A stretch of 64,000 nucleotides of DNA from an uncultured bacterium (GTDB lineage: Bacteria > Krumholzibacteriota > Krumholzibacteriia > JACNKJ01), in the NCBI GenBank assembly GCA_964410395.1, contig CAYPGS010000014.1:11771-75770 (forward strand). Direction: 5' to 3'. Under the pieces are notes generated by a model. That model saw nothing but the letters and a program-made list of their open reading frames with translations, searched no databases and was not told the origin of the DNA. The position numbers and the translations under genes are program-made. Every line of letters starts with the position of its first letter. The stretch's first letter is position 1. This document shows, in pieces, positions 46,175-55,301 of the stretch.

Positions 46175-46834
46175 CTAGTACAGGCTCTTCACGTTGGAGA
46201 AGGTGGTCTCCTGAGTCGCGGTGCCGCAGGACTCATCGAGAGTCACCCAGTCAACGAGCATGTTGTCGTTGGTGCCGATGTCGCAGTAGAGCCATCCGAG
46301 GCAGAGCTCGGCGGTCATGCCGCAGTAGGCGCTGACGTCAATCATACCCCAGAAGCTGCTGGCGGTATTCCAGCTGCCATAGGTGTGCTCGCTGAGGTCC
46401 ATGACGTGATCAAAGACGATGTTGCCATCGACCGTCACATACATGTAGCCGCAGCCGTTGTTGACGTAGCCCATCCAGTACCAATCGAGATACATGCCGT
46501 CGAAGAAGATCGACTGGCAGAAGCTGTTCTCGTTAGCATCACCGCAGAATCCGCCGAGCCAGGCAACGAACACACCGTCATAGGCGGGATAGCCCCAGAC
46601 GGCGATAGGATCGAGGATCCAGGCGCAGGTGGTGCTGGTGTAGCAAGTCCAGGCACTGCCAGCATCGCACTCGCCGAATTCGAAACTGCCATCGTTGATC
46701 AAGCCGAGGCGATCGCCGATGTTGACGTTCTCACCGGTACCAGGAAGCACGAGGCCATCCTTGGTAAGAGTGCCCGCGCCGGCGGCGACGGCAAAAGCGA
46801 GAACGACGAGCGAAAGGGTTAACTTCTTCAGCAT
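46175..46834 (-). CDS. Secreted Cys/Trp-rich 219-aa protein, copy 2
   Basis: Same length and about 93 % identical to copy 1 by eye, with the same 10 Cys and the same C-terminus FSNVKSLY. Confidence 0.75.
   Translation of the reverse strand: MLKKLTLSLVVLAFAVAAGAGTLTKDGLVLPGTGENVNIGDRLGLINDGSFEFGECDAGSAWTCYTSTTCAWILDPIAVWGYPAYDGVFVAWLGGFCGDANENSFCQSIFFDGMYLDWYWMGYVNNGCGYMYVTVDGNIVFDHVMDLSEHTYGSWNTASSFWGMIDVSAYCGMTAELCLGWLYCDIGTNDNMLVDWVTLDESCGTATQETTFSNVKSLY
46347..46606. repeat. 260-nt tract perfectly identical to 45373-45632
   Basis: See the partner feature. Confidence 0.9.
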
Positions 46835-46919
46835 TTCGTTCCTCCAATGATGTCGCTACTACACGTGTTGAAATTCCCCAAATGGCATTCGCCTTCCGGG
46901 GAATGCCTAAGGCGCGCCC

Positions 46920-46949
46920 ATTATACCCCAAGCTGCCTCCATTCTTCAA
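46920..46949 (-). promoter_or_regulatory. Near-consensus promoter of copy 2
   Basis: Minus-strand TTGAAG-N18-TATAAT. The leader contains hairpin GGCATTC-cccggaaggc-GAATGCC and is unrelated in sequence to the copy 1 leader. Confidence 0.55.
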
Positions 46950-46988
46950 GATATGGGAAGAAATTTAATAAACGGGCGTTTATTGCCT

Positions 46989-47022
46989 AAATAAGGAAGG
47001 GCGGAGCCTCGCGGCCCCGCCC
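46989..47022 (-). terminator. Terminator hairpin after the aldehyde dehydrogenase gene
   Basis: Minus-strand GGGCGGGGCC-gcga-GGCUCCGCCC (one mismatch) followed by UUCCUUAUUU. Confidence 0.55.
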
Positions 47023-47043
47023 GGGTGAACGGTCTTAACTTGT

Positions 47044-48558
47044 TTACAGATCGAACTTTACGCCCTGAGCCAGAGGCATCTCCGTGGAGTAGTTCAGGGT
47101 GTTGGTCTGGCGGCGCATGTAAATTTTCCAGGAGTCGCTCCCGGATTCGCGTCCGCCACCCGTGTCCTTCTCTCCTCCGAAGGCTCCGCCGATCTCCGCG
47201 CCGCTGGTACCGGCGTTGACGTTGGCCAGGCCGCAGTCGCTGCCCTCGGGTCCGAGGAACTTCTCCACGTTCATGAAATTGGTCGAGAAGATCGCGCTGC
47301 TCAGGCCCTGCTCCACGCTGTTGTGCAGCTCCAGGGCCTCGTCGATTTCGCTGTAGCTGAACACGTAGAGGATGGGCGCGAAGGTCTCGTCCTGGACGAT
47401 GGGCATGCTGTGGGGACCCTTCACGATGGTCGGCTCGACGTAGTGGCCGGGACGGTCCACGCGTCCGCCGCCCACGAGGACCTCGCCGCCCTGGGCCTTG
47501 GCCTTCTCGAGGGCGTCCATCATGGTGTCCACCGCGCCCTCGTCGATGAGCGGACCCATGAGGGTCGACTCGTCCAGAGGATCACCGATGGGGATGGACC
47601 CGTAGGCCTTCACGAGCTTGCCGGTGAAGTCCTCGGCGATGGACTCGTGCAGGAAGAGGCGGCGGGTGCTGGTGCAGCGCTGACCCGCGGTGCCCACGGC
47701 GCCGAAGAGCGTCGCGCGCAGGGCCAGGTCGAGGTTCGCCGACTCGTCCACGATGATGGCGTTGTTGCCGCCGAGTTCCAGCAGGCTCCGGCCCAGGCGC
47801 TTGCCCACGGTCTCGCCCACGTGCTTGCCCATGGCGGTGGAGCCGGTGGCGCTGATCAGGGGGATGCGCTTGTCGTTGATGAGCAGTTCGCCCACGCTGC
47901 TTCCGCGGCCGACCACGAGGTTGAAGAGCGGCGGAAGATCGTGGGCCGCGGTCACCTCGTTGCAGATGTGCTGGACGGCGATGGCGGTCAGGGGGGTCTT
48001 GCTCGAAGGCTTCCAGATGGTCGGATCGCCGCAGACGGCAGCGATCATGGCGTTCCAGGCCCAGACGGCCACCGGGAAGTTGAAGGCGGAAACCACGCCG
48101 ATGGGACCGAGGGGCTGCCACTGCTCCATGAGACGGTGTCCGGGACGCTCGCTAGGCAGGGTGGGGCCGCCGATGGTGCGACTCAGGCCCACGGCGAAAT
48201 CGGCGATGTCGATCATCTCCTGCACTTCGCCCAGACCCTCGGTGAGGATCTTGCCCATTTCCAGGCTCACCAGCTTGCCCAGGGGATCCTTGTAATCGCG
48301 GAAGGCGTTGGCGAAGGTGCGCACCACCTGGCCTCGCTCGGGGGCGGGCACGGTGCGCCAAGCCTTGAAGGCCTCCACGGACGAGGCCGCGATGGTCTCG
48401 TAGTCATCGGCCGAGGCCTGCATGACCGTGGCGATCTTGGAGCCGTCGCCCGGGGAGAAGACTTCCAGCTCGCCGCCGCCGGGCTTCTCGATGAAGCGGT
48501 CGGTGCTGGCGCCGGAGTTCACGTCCTCGATTTTCAGTGTTTTCAGGAAGTCGCTCAT
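47044..48558 (-). CDS. Aldehyde dehydrogenase, ALDH7 (alpha-aminoadipic/piperideine-6-carboxylate semialdehyde dehydrogenase)-like
   Basis: ELGGNNAIIV and GAVGTAGQRCTSTRRLF (catalytic Cys) closely follow the antiquitin-type pattern. Length is 504 aa. Confidence 0.88.
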   Translation of the reverse strand: MSDFLKTLKIEDVNSGASTDRFIEKPGGGELEVFSPGDGSKIATVMQASADDYETIAASSVEAFKAWRTVPAPERGQVVRTFANAFRDYKDPLGKLVSLEMGKILTEGLGEVQEMIDIADFAVGLSRTIGGPTLPSERPGHRLMEQWQPLGPIGVVSAFNFPVAVWAWNAMIAAVCGDPTIWKPSSKTPLTAIAVQHICNEVTAAHDLPPLFNLVVGRGSSVGELLINDKRIPLISATGSTAMGKHVGETVGKRLGRSLLELGGNNAIIVDESANLDLALRATLFGAVGTAGQRCTSTRRLFLHESIAEDFTGKLVKAYGSIPIGDPLDESTLMGPLIDEGAVDTMMDALEKAKAQGGEVLVGGGRVDRPGHYVEPTIVKGPHSMPIVQDETFAPILYVFSYSEIDEALELHNSVEQGLSSAIFSTNFMNVEKFLGPEGSDCGLANVNAGTSGAEIGGAFGGEKDTGGGRESGSDSWKIYMRRQTNTLNYSTEMPLAQGVKFDL

Positions 48559-48665
48559 CGGGTCCTCTCCTTGTTCCGCCGGCCTCCGCGGGCCGGGAAA
48601 AAGCCATGGAAGTCCTCAATGTAGGCAGGGTGAATGAGAAGTCAACTCGCTCTCGAAAGGCTCCG

Positions 48666-48695
48666 GCTGGAAGCGGACGGCTGGTAGCTGGAGGC
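48666..48695. repeat. Second (GCTGGNN)n tract, directly 3' of a stop codon
   Basis: gctggaa gcggacg gctggta gctggag gc abuts the TGA (48696-48698) of ORF 48696..49364. It shares GCTGGAAGC...TGGTAGCTGG with 39806-39844. Confidence 0.45.
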
Positions 48696-49364
48696 TCAGA
48701 ATTGCTGGATCAGGCCGACATCCAGGCGCCAGCCCGAGTGGCTCCAGGCGCCGGCGGCCGGACGCTCGTCCAGGGGCTCGCCGTAGTCATCCATACGGAT
48801 GAGGCTGCCTTCCACGAGCACGCCGACATTGGCCCAGATGGGACGGGCGAGGCCCAGGGAGGCGCGGCTGCCCCAGCTGCTCTGACGGATCTCCGTGGCG
48901 GGGCTGTAGTCGCTCCACTCGGCGTCATAGCCCAGGGAGTAGCCGGTGGTTTCCGTGTGCAACCCGCTGTAGACCGCCGAGAGGCTGCCGAAGAGGGCCA
49001 GTCGCTTCACGTGGGGAAGACGCAGGCGGAGCCCGATCTCCCACTGATACTGGAACGAGGTGTAGGTGTAGCGCACGGGGTACTCGTCGCTGCCCAGGGA
49101 GATGTCTTCCGTGAAGCGGCTCTTGCTCGACAGGGTCACTCCCGCACCCATCTGCAGGCCTTTCCAGATCTTGTGGTCGTAGCGGAATGTCCAGGCAGAC
49201 AGGAAATCGTCGCCGAAGAACTCGCGATAGTCCTGATCCTCGAGCCAGAGCCGCCCGTGGCTCAGGGTGAAGGCCGAGTTGAGGGAGTGGGGGGCGAGCA
49301 GGTCCTCGCCGAGAGAGACCGTGGCCAACAGCATCAGCAGACTTGTGATCAGGTAGCGCGGCAT
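48696..49364 (-). CDS. Hypothetical outer-membrane beta-barrel protein
   Basis: Start at MPRYLITSLLMLLATVSLG. Alternating strands, and the terminal ...WRLDVGLIQQF has a C-terminal Phe. Confidence 0.6.
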   Translation of the reverse strand: MPRYLITSLLMLLATVSLGEDLLAPHSLNSAFTLSHGRLWLEDQDYREFFGDDFLSAWTFRYDHKIWKGLQMGAGVTLSSKSRFTEDISLGSDEYPVRYTYTSFQYQWEIGLRLRLPHVKRLALFGSLSAVYSGLHTETTGYSLGYDAEWSDYSPATEIRQSSWGSRASLGLARPIWANVGVLVEGSLIRMDDYGEPLDERPAAGAWSHSGWRLDVGLIQQF

Positions 49365-49470
49365 TCGCTCGCTCGCCTTTCTCTGGGATGAAAATCGCCG
49401 GCCCCGCGGGGAGGCCGGCGCCATTCTAGTCGGGAGGAGGGCGGGCGTCAATCCCGCCTCGGCGAGGCCG

Positions 49471-49938
49471 CTAGAGCAGCTTGGCCGCCTCCACGCTGAG
49501 CAGGTAGGTGGGCTCCGGACAATAGTGGTCCGAGCCCTCCACGTGCTCCTGGTGTTCCTCGTGGCCGGCAGGGGTCAGGGCCATCACCTTGCCCTGGACC
49601 ACGGCCGTCTTGCCGGCGCAGTCCTTGGGAAAGAGGATGCTCTCGTCCATGCTGCGCACGTAGAACTTGTTCCCGGCCTCGTCGGCGATCTCGATCCAGC
49701 AGCCGCTTCCCTGGCAGACGGCCACCACCTCGCCCTCGAGGCGCAGGTCCTTGTCTACGAATTCGGCGGGCGTGGCGGTGAGATCGGTGAGAGGCGTCGC
49801 CTCCGCCAGGCTCAACTCCGCGCCTCCGGTCCATCCTGCTTCGGCCGTGACCTTCGCTTCTTCGTCGGATCCGCCGCAACCGGCCAGCAGCAGGGCCGCC
49901 AGCGCGAGCAGGGCGAGGATCGCACGCTTCATCGTCAT
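49471..49938 (-). CDS. DUF4920-like lipoprotein
   Basis: Start at MTMKRAILALLALAALLLAGC (lipobox). VVAVCQGSGCWIEI core and His-rich HEEHQEHVEGSDHYC. The longer ORF 49471..50640 overlaps pckA and is rejected. Confidence 0.7.
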   Translation of the reverse strand: MTMKRAILALLALAALLLAGCGGSDEEAKVTAEAGWTGGAELSLAEATPLTDLTATPAEFVDKDLRLEGEVVAVCQGSGCWIEIADEAGNKFYVRSMDESILFPKDCAGKTAVVQGKVMALTPAGHEEHQEHVEGSDHYCPEPTYLLSVEAAKLL

Positions 49939-49946
49939 CCCTCCTT

Positions 49947-51605
49947 TTACTTGCCCGGGCAGGCGGCCTGGACGGCGGGATCCAGTCCCTTGCCGCCATA
50001 GGCCTTGTCGAAGTGGGCGGCGAACTCGCCGGCCAGCTTCTCGGCGCGGGCCTTGAAGGCGTCCTTGTCCTTCCAGGTGTTTCTGGGATCGAGCACCTTG
50101 GCGTCCTCGATGCCCGGACAGGTCTGGGGCACGTGGACCTTGAATATCGGATCCTGCACGTACTCCACGTCGTCGAGCTTTCCGTCCAGTGCCGCGTTGC
50201 AGAGCGCGCGGGTGAGGGGAAGATCCATGCGCTCGCCCTCGCCGTAGGGTCCGCCGCTCCAGCCCGTATTGACCAGGAAGACCTGCGTGCCATGCTCGTC
50301 CATCTTCTGGCCGAGAAGGGTGGCGTAGTCGTCGGGGTTGCGGGGCATGAAGGGCGCACCGAAGAAGCGCGAGAAGGCGCTCACGGGATCCACGATTCCG
50401 GTCTCGGTGCCGGCCAGCTTGCTGGTGTAGCCCATGAGGAACCAGAGCATGGCCTGCTCGCGGTCCAGCTTCGACACCGGCGGAATCACGCCGTTGGCGT
50501 CGGCGGTGAGGAAGAGGATGGTCTTGGGATGCCCGGCAGTGGACGATTCCTTGATGTTGCTCAGGAAGGTCAGCGGATAGCTGCCGCGACTGTTGGGAGT
50601 GAGGCGATCGTCGTAGAGGTCGAAGCTGCCGTCGGGCCACATCATGGTGTTCTCGATGACGGCTCCGTGCTCCTCCACCGGACGCTCGGCGAAGCAGGCC
50701 TTGAAGATCTCGGGTTCCTTCTCCGGATTCAGGTCGATGAGCTTCGCGTAGCAGCCGTTCTCGAAGTTGGCGATGCCATTGTCGTCCCAGCCGTGCTCGT
50801 CGTCGCCCAGCAAGGCGCGGCTCGCGTCGGCGGAGAGGGTGGTCTTGCCGGTGCCCGACAGTCCGAGCAGCAGGGCGGAATCGCCGTTGGATCCTTCGTT
50901 GGCGCTGCAGTGCAGAGGCAGGATGCCTTCGGCAGGCAGGTAGTAGTTCATCACCGTGAAGATGAGCTTCTTGTTGCTGCCGCAGTAGGCCGAGCCGTAG
51001 ACCACGCCAATGCGCTGGTCGAAGTCCATGGCCACGGCCATGGTGGAGGTGTGGCCCAGGCGGGGATCGATGCGCAGACGGCCTTCGTAGCGCTTGGGAT
51101 CCAGCTTGTGGTAGGGCAGGGAGATCAGGGTGAAGGGCTTCTCTCCGAAGAGGCTCTTGCTCTTCACCTCCTCGTCCCAGGGGCGGAACATGTTGTCCAT
51201 GAAGACGCTGTGCACGGCGTGGCTGCAGACCACGTTGATGGGCAGGGCGTAGCGCATGTCGGCGCCGACCAGGCGGTCGACCTTGTAGACATTGGGCATC
51301 TTCTCGATGCTGGCCAGGGCGTCATCGAGGATCATGTCGAAGGTCTCGGGATCCAGCGGGATGTTGTTGGGAGCGTCCCAGTCGATGGTGTGCTCGCTCT
51401 CGGCACGCTTCACGACCACCGTGTCCTTGGGGCTGCGGCCGGTGGACTCGGGAGGCGTCCAAGTGACGAGGGCGCCGTTGGCGCTGGCCACGGCTTCGCC
51501 GTTGTCGATGGCCTCGCGAATCAACTGGGCGCGCGGGATGTTGTCCTTCACATCTCCTCGCTTCTTCAAAAGCGCCTCAAGCCGTTCCTGGAATGTCGTG
51601 GTCAT
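49947..51605 (-). CDS. pckA: Phosphoenolpyruvate carboxykinase (ATP)
   Basis: GLSGTGKTTLSAD kinase-1a motif, HCSANEG and FLTADANGVIPPVSKL. Length is 552 aa. Confidence 0.93.
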   Translation of the reverse strand: MTTTFQERLEALLKKRGDVKDNIPRAQLIREAIDNGEAVASANGALVTWTPPESTGRSPKDTVVVKRAESEHTIDWDAPNNIPLDPETFDMILDDALASIEKMPNVYKVDRLVGADMRYALPINVVCSHAVHSVFMDNMFRPWDEEVKSKSLFGEKPFTLISLPYHKLDPKRYEGRLRIDPRLGHTSTMAVAMDFDQRIGVVYGSAYCGSNKKLIFTVMNYYLPAEGILPLHCSANEGSNGDSALLLGLSGTGKTTLSADASRALLGDDEHGWDDNGIANFENGCYAKLIDLNPEKEPEIFKACFAERPVEEHGAVIENTMMWPDGSFDLYDDRLTPNSRGSYPLTFLSNIKESSTAGHPKTILFLTADANGVIPPVSKLDREQAMLWFLMGYTSKLAGTETGIVDPVSAFSRFFGAPFMPRNPDDYATLLGQKMDEHGTQVFLVNTGWSGGPYGEGERMDLPLTRALCNAALDGKLDDVEYVQDPIFKVHVPQTCPGIEDAKVLDPRNTWKDKDAFKARAEKLAGEFAAHFDKAYGGKGLDPAVQAACPGK

Positions 51606-51738
51606 TATCCCGCTCCTTGCCCTGTGATCCGGTCCGACGCGGCGGAACCCTTCCGCTACGCGCAGCCCGGAAACGCGCGTTGACTGCCAGATTAAGACTT
51701 CCCGGAAAGAGCGTCAATAGGCCGTGGGGCGGCAGACC

Positions 51739-52425
51739 TCAAGAATCGTCTCGAGGGGATGCGAGTTTGGAGAAGAGCGTCTCGGGGGAACCCTCTCCTG
51801 CAATTTTTCCATTTTCCAGAAGCAGAACATGGTTCGCCAGGCTTCGCAGTTCGGCTGAAGAGTGGGACACGTAGACCATGGGCAGATCGAAGTGTCCCAC
51901 CGTGCGCGACAGGAAGGGTAGGATGCGCCCCTTGAGCTCATCGTCGAGGCTGGCCAGGGGCTCGTCCAGGAGCAGGAGTCTCGGGGCGCGGAGCAGTGCG
52001 CGTCCGAGGGCCACCCGCTGACGTTCGCCGCCGGACAGTCGATCCGGCCGCCGATCCAGCAGTTGCCCGAGCTCCAGCACCTCGACGACCTCCTCGAAGC
52101 GAGGACCGCCATCTTGGCTGCGGCGCAGTCCGTAGCGCAGATTGCCGGCGACGCTCAGGTGGGGGAAGAGACGTCCTTCCTGGAACAGGTAACCCACGCG
52201 GCGACGCTCGGGGGGAAGATCGATGCCCGCCCCGTCGTCGAAGAGGGTCTCCTCGCCGAGGCGGATGGATCCTTCCGCCGGTCTCAACAGTCCTGCGATG
52301 AGGTTCAGCAAGGTGGTCTTGCCCGACCCGGATGCGCCGAAGAAGGCCGTGACGCGCTGGTCGAGGCGGGCATCGAGCTCGAGCCGGAAACGCGGACGCG
52401 AGAATCGTAGCCGGAGCTCAAGCAT
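51739..52425 (-). CDS. modC: Molybdate/tungstate ABC transporter ATP-binding protein (short form, no C-terminal TOBE domain)
   Basis: Walker A GASGSGKTT, signature LSGGERQRV and Walker B LLLLDEP. It overlaps modB by 8 nt. Confidence 0.82.
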   Translation of the reverse strand: MLELRLRFSRPRFRLELDARLDQRVTAFFGASGSGKTTLLNLIAGLLRPAEGSIRLGEETLFDDGAGIDLPPERRRVGYLFQEGRLFPHLSVAGNLRYGLRRSQDGGPRFEEVVEVLELGQLLDRRPDRLSGGERQRVALGRALLRAPRLLLLDEPLASLDDELKGRILPFLSRTVGHFDLPMVYVSHSSAELRSLANHVLLLENGKIAGEGSPETLFSKLASPRDDS

Positions 52426-53101
52426 CGCCGTCCTCCCGGGGAGGGCGGCCGTCCAGCAGGCGGGCGGCGATCATGGCGGCCAGGCTCACGACCACGCAGA
52501 TGAGCACCAGTCTCATGGCGCCGCCGGCCTCGCCCGCGCCCTGGATCTCGTTGAAGATGGCCAGAGGCACCGTCTGGGTACTGCCGGGGATATTGCTGGC
52601 CAGCACGATGGTCGCGCCGAACTCACCGAAGCCGCGGGTGAAGGCCAGGAGCAGACCGGCCAGCACGCCGCGACGGGCCTGTGGAAGGGTCACCGTGAGG
52701 AAGGCGTCCCGGGGGCCGGCGCCCAATGTGCGCGCCGCCTCGGCCAGACGGGCATCGGTGGCCTCGAAGGCCGATCGCGCCGCGCGCACGAGCAGGGGGA
52801 AACTGACGATGGCCGCCGCCAGGGCCGCGCCCTTCCAGTCGAAGGCGATTTCGATGCCCATGGCCGCCAGGGCATCGCCCAGCAATCCGCGCCGACCGAA
52901 GATGTGCAGCAGCAGATAGCCCGTCACCAGGGGCGGCAGCACCAGGGGCACCTGAACCATGGCATCCACCAGCCAGCGCAGGCGGCTTCGGCCCAGGGCG
53001 AGCCATCCGGCAAGGAGGATGCCCAGGGGCAGGCTCACCAGGGCCGCCGTGAGGCTCACCTTCAGGGACAATCCCAGGGCCTGCCACTCGGCCGGACTCA
53101 A
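52418..53101 (-). CDS. modB: Molybdate ABC transporter permease
   Basis: 227-aa CysTW-type permease with EAA-loop ARTLGAGPRDAFLTVTLP. It has a TTG start overlapping the modA stop (TTGA). Confidence 0.85.
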   Translation of the reverse strand: MSPAEWQALGLSLKVSLTAALVSLPLGILLAGWLALGRSRLRWLVDAMVQVPLVLPPLVTGYLLLHIFGRRGLLGDALAAMGIEIAFDWKGAALAAAIVSFPLLVRAARSAFEATDARLAEAARTLGAGPRDAFLTVTLPQARRGVLAGLLLAFTRGFGEFGATIVLASNIPGSTQTVPLAIFNEIQGAGEAGGAMRLVLICVVVSLAAMIAARLLDGRPPREDGDA

Positions 53102-53865
53102 GGATTGCCGTCCAGCGGGATGAAACCGTGTTTCACGAAGATTTCGCGGGCCTCGGGACCGGCCAGCCAGTCGAAGAAGCGGCGCGCCCCGGAGCCCGGC
53201 TCCTCGCCCTCGGTGCCGGCGAGTAATCCAATGGGATAGAGGATGGGCATGTCCCGAGGCGGATCGGCCAGGGTCACCGGTTCGATGCCCGCCGCCAGCG
53301 CGTCGCTGGCGTAGACGATGCCCGCGTCGGCCTCGCCGCGTTCCACGTAGGCCAGTGCCGCGCGCACGTCGCGGGCGGGCAGGAGGCGATCCTTCACCGA
53401 CTCCCAGAGGCCCGCCTCCTGCAGCCAGGCCCTGGCGTAGATGCCCGCGGGCACATGGCCGGGATCTCCCATGGCCAGGCGCTGCAGTGCCCGGCCGGCG
53501 AGATCGCCGGCATTTCCGATTCGGATGGGATTCCCCACCGGCACGATGAGGGCGAGTCGATTGGACAGGAGTTCCCGGCGCTCCACGATGCGCTCGGAGT
53601 TCTCTTCCACGTGGTTCATCCAGTCGCTGCTAGCCGAGAGGAAGACGGAGGCGGGCGCCCCCTGGACGATCTGCCGGGCCAGGGTGGAGCTTCCCGCCAA
53701 AACGGGAACGGCACGGAGCGAGTCGCCGGCGTTCCAGACCTCGCAGAGTTCCCGGGCCGCGTCACCGAGGCTGGCCGCTGCATGGAAATGCAGGTCGGCC
53801 TCTTCTCGGCCGGCACAGGCCGAGAGGAGCAGACTGAGGAGCATCCATTTCAGGGATCGCGGCAT
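53098..53865 (-). CDS. modA: Molybdate ABC transporter substrate-binding lipoprotein
   Basis: Start at MPRSLKWMLLSLLLSAC (GGGAGG RBS). FHAAASLGDA, LAGSSTLARQI, GDPGHVPAGIYA and VYASDA fit the ModA pattern. Confidence 0.85.
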   Translation of the reverse strand: MPRSLKWMLLSLLLSACAGREEADLHFHAAASLGDAARELCEVWNAGDSLRAVPVLAGSSTLARQIVQGAPASVFLSASSDWMNHVEENSERIVERRELLSNRLALIVPVGNPIRIGNAGDLAGRALQRLAMGDPGHVPAGIYARAWLQEAGLWESVKDRLLPARDVRAALAYVERGEADAGIVYASDALAAGIEPVTLADPPRDMPILYPIGLLAGTEGEEPGSGARRFFDWLAGPEAREIFVKHGFIPLDGNP

Positions 53866-53982
53866 TTGACCTCCCACCATAGCTCAGACTAGGCCGGAGA
53901 AGGTTCGAATTCAAGCGCGGTCGCCTTGAAGAGGTGCTACCCGAGGCACTATGCTCGCGGCGCCCCCGTGAAAGGAGCGCCC

Positions 53983-54507
53983 GTGTCCAGACTCTGGGTG
54001 GAAAGACGATTCGCCTTCGATTTTCCCGCGGACATCTATCCCATGATCATCGAGCGCCTGCGCGGCACGCCCGCGCGCCTAGAGGAGCGCTTGGAGGGTC
54101 TCGACCACGATGTCCTCATACGACGTCCGGCGACGGGCTGGTCCATCCAGGAGCATGCCGGTCACCTCATTGAGGTCGAGGCGCTCTTCGACGGACGGCT
54201 CGGCGAGTACGAGCAGGGCCTCGCGCAGCTGCGGCCCGCCGACATGAGCAACCGCCGCACCGAGGACGCTGGCTTCAACGAACTGAAGATCGTCGACGTG
54301 CTCGCCGCCTTCCGGCGGGTGCGGGCCGACTTCGTCGCGCGCCTGGAGTCCTGGCCGCCGGAGCGCTTCGCCCAGACGGCCCATCACCCGCGCCTGGACG
54401 CGCCCATGCGAGCCTGCGACATGCTCTTCTTCATGGCCGAGCACGATGATCACCATCTCGCGCGCATCAGCGAGTTGATGCGCGCCTTCGTGGGAAAGAA
54501 GCAGTGA
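53983..54507 (+). CDS. DinB-family (DinB_2) metal-dependent protein
   Basis: GTG at 53983, 6 nt after AAAGGAG. WSIQEHAGHL and FFMAEHDDHH form the His triad of DinB-like four-helix bundles. Confidence 0.75.
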   Translation: MSRLWVERRFAFDFPADIYPMIIERLRGTPARLEERLEGLDHDVLIRRPATGWSIQEHAGHLIEVEALFDGRLGEYEQGLAQLRPADMSNRRTEDAGFNELKIVDVLAAFRRVRADFVARLESWPPERFAQTAHHPRLDAPMRACDMLFFMAEHDDHHLARISELMRAFVGKKQ

Positions 54508-55301
54508 ACGGAAGAACGTTCATCGACGGCCTCGAGGCCCATCGATCGATTCGGGCCTACAAGCCGGATCCCGTGCCGGAAGATCTGCTCGAGGAGATCC
54601 TGACGGCGGGCATACGCGCCTCGTCCTCGGGGAACATGCAGACCTACTCCATCCTGGTCACCCGTGATCGAGCACTTCGCAAGGAACTGTCCGCGCCTCA
54701 CTTCCACCAGAACATGGTCCTGGACGCGCCGGTGCTCGTCACCTTCTGCGCAGATTTCCATCGCATGCGCCGATGGCTCGAGATCAGCGAGGCTCCCGAC
54801 AACTTCGACAACTTCATGAGCTTCATGATCGCGGCCATCGACGCGGTGCTCGTATCCCAGAACGTCGCACTGGCGGCGGAAGCCCGCGGCCTCGGCATCT
54901 GCTTCATGGGTAGTACGCTTGCGAGTTGCGATGAGATAGGACGCATTCTCGAACTACCCGAGAATGTGGTTCCGGTGACCGGCTTCTCTCTGGGATGGCC
55001 GGATGAGGCGCCGGAGTTGCGCGATCGTTTGCCGCTGGAGGGCATCGTCCACTACGAAACCTACCAGGACTACGACGATGAGCGCATCAGCGAAATCTAC
55101 GAGGAGCGCGAGACTCGCGGCTGGGATCGATACATGGCCTTTCCCGAATTGAAGAAAAAGGTCGAAGAGGCCGGCGTCGACAATCTCGCCCAGCTCTACA
55201 CCACGGTGAAGTACACCCGCGATTCGCATCAGAGATTCTCCCGCCGCGTGCTCGACTACCTTCGCGAGCAATCTTTCATGGAGAACGGAGGGGCGCCGTG
55301 A
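54504..55301 (+). CDS. Nitroreductase-family oxidoreductase
   Basis: RSIRAYKPDPVPEDLLEEILTAGIRASSSGNMQTYSILV is the classic NfsA/NfnB-type N-terminus. It overlaps the previous gene by 4 nt. Confidence 0.88.
   Translation: MNGRTFIDGLEAHRSIRAYKPDPVPEDLLEEILTAGIRASSSGNMQTYSILVTRDRALRKELSAPHFHQNMVLDAPVLVTFCADFHRMRRWLEISEAPDNFDNFMSFMIAAIDAVLVSQNVALAAEARGLGICFMGSTLASCDEIGRILELPENVVPVTGFSLGWPDEAPELRDRLPLEGIVHYETYQDYDDERISEIYEERETRGWDRYMAFPELKKKVEEAGVDNLAQLYTTVKYTRDSHQRFSRRVLDYLREQSFMENGGAP

Noticed and set aside
49939-50640. The 389-aa version of ORF 49471..50640.
   Set aside because: Only the last 155 aa (lipobox plus DUF4920-like core) look real. The upstream part is Arg/Gly/Pro-rich and overlaps the 3' part of pckA in another frame.
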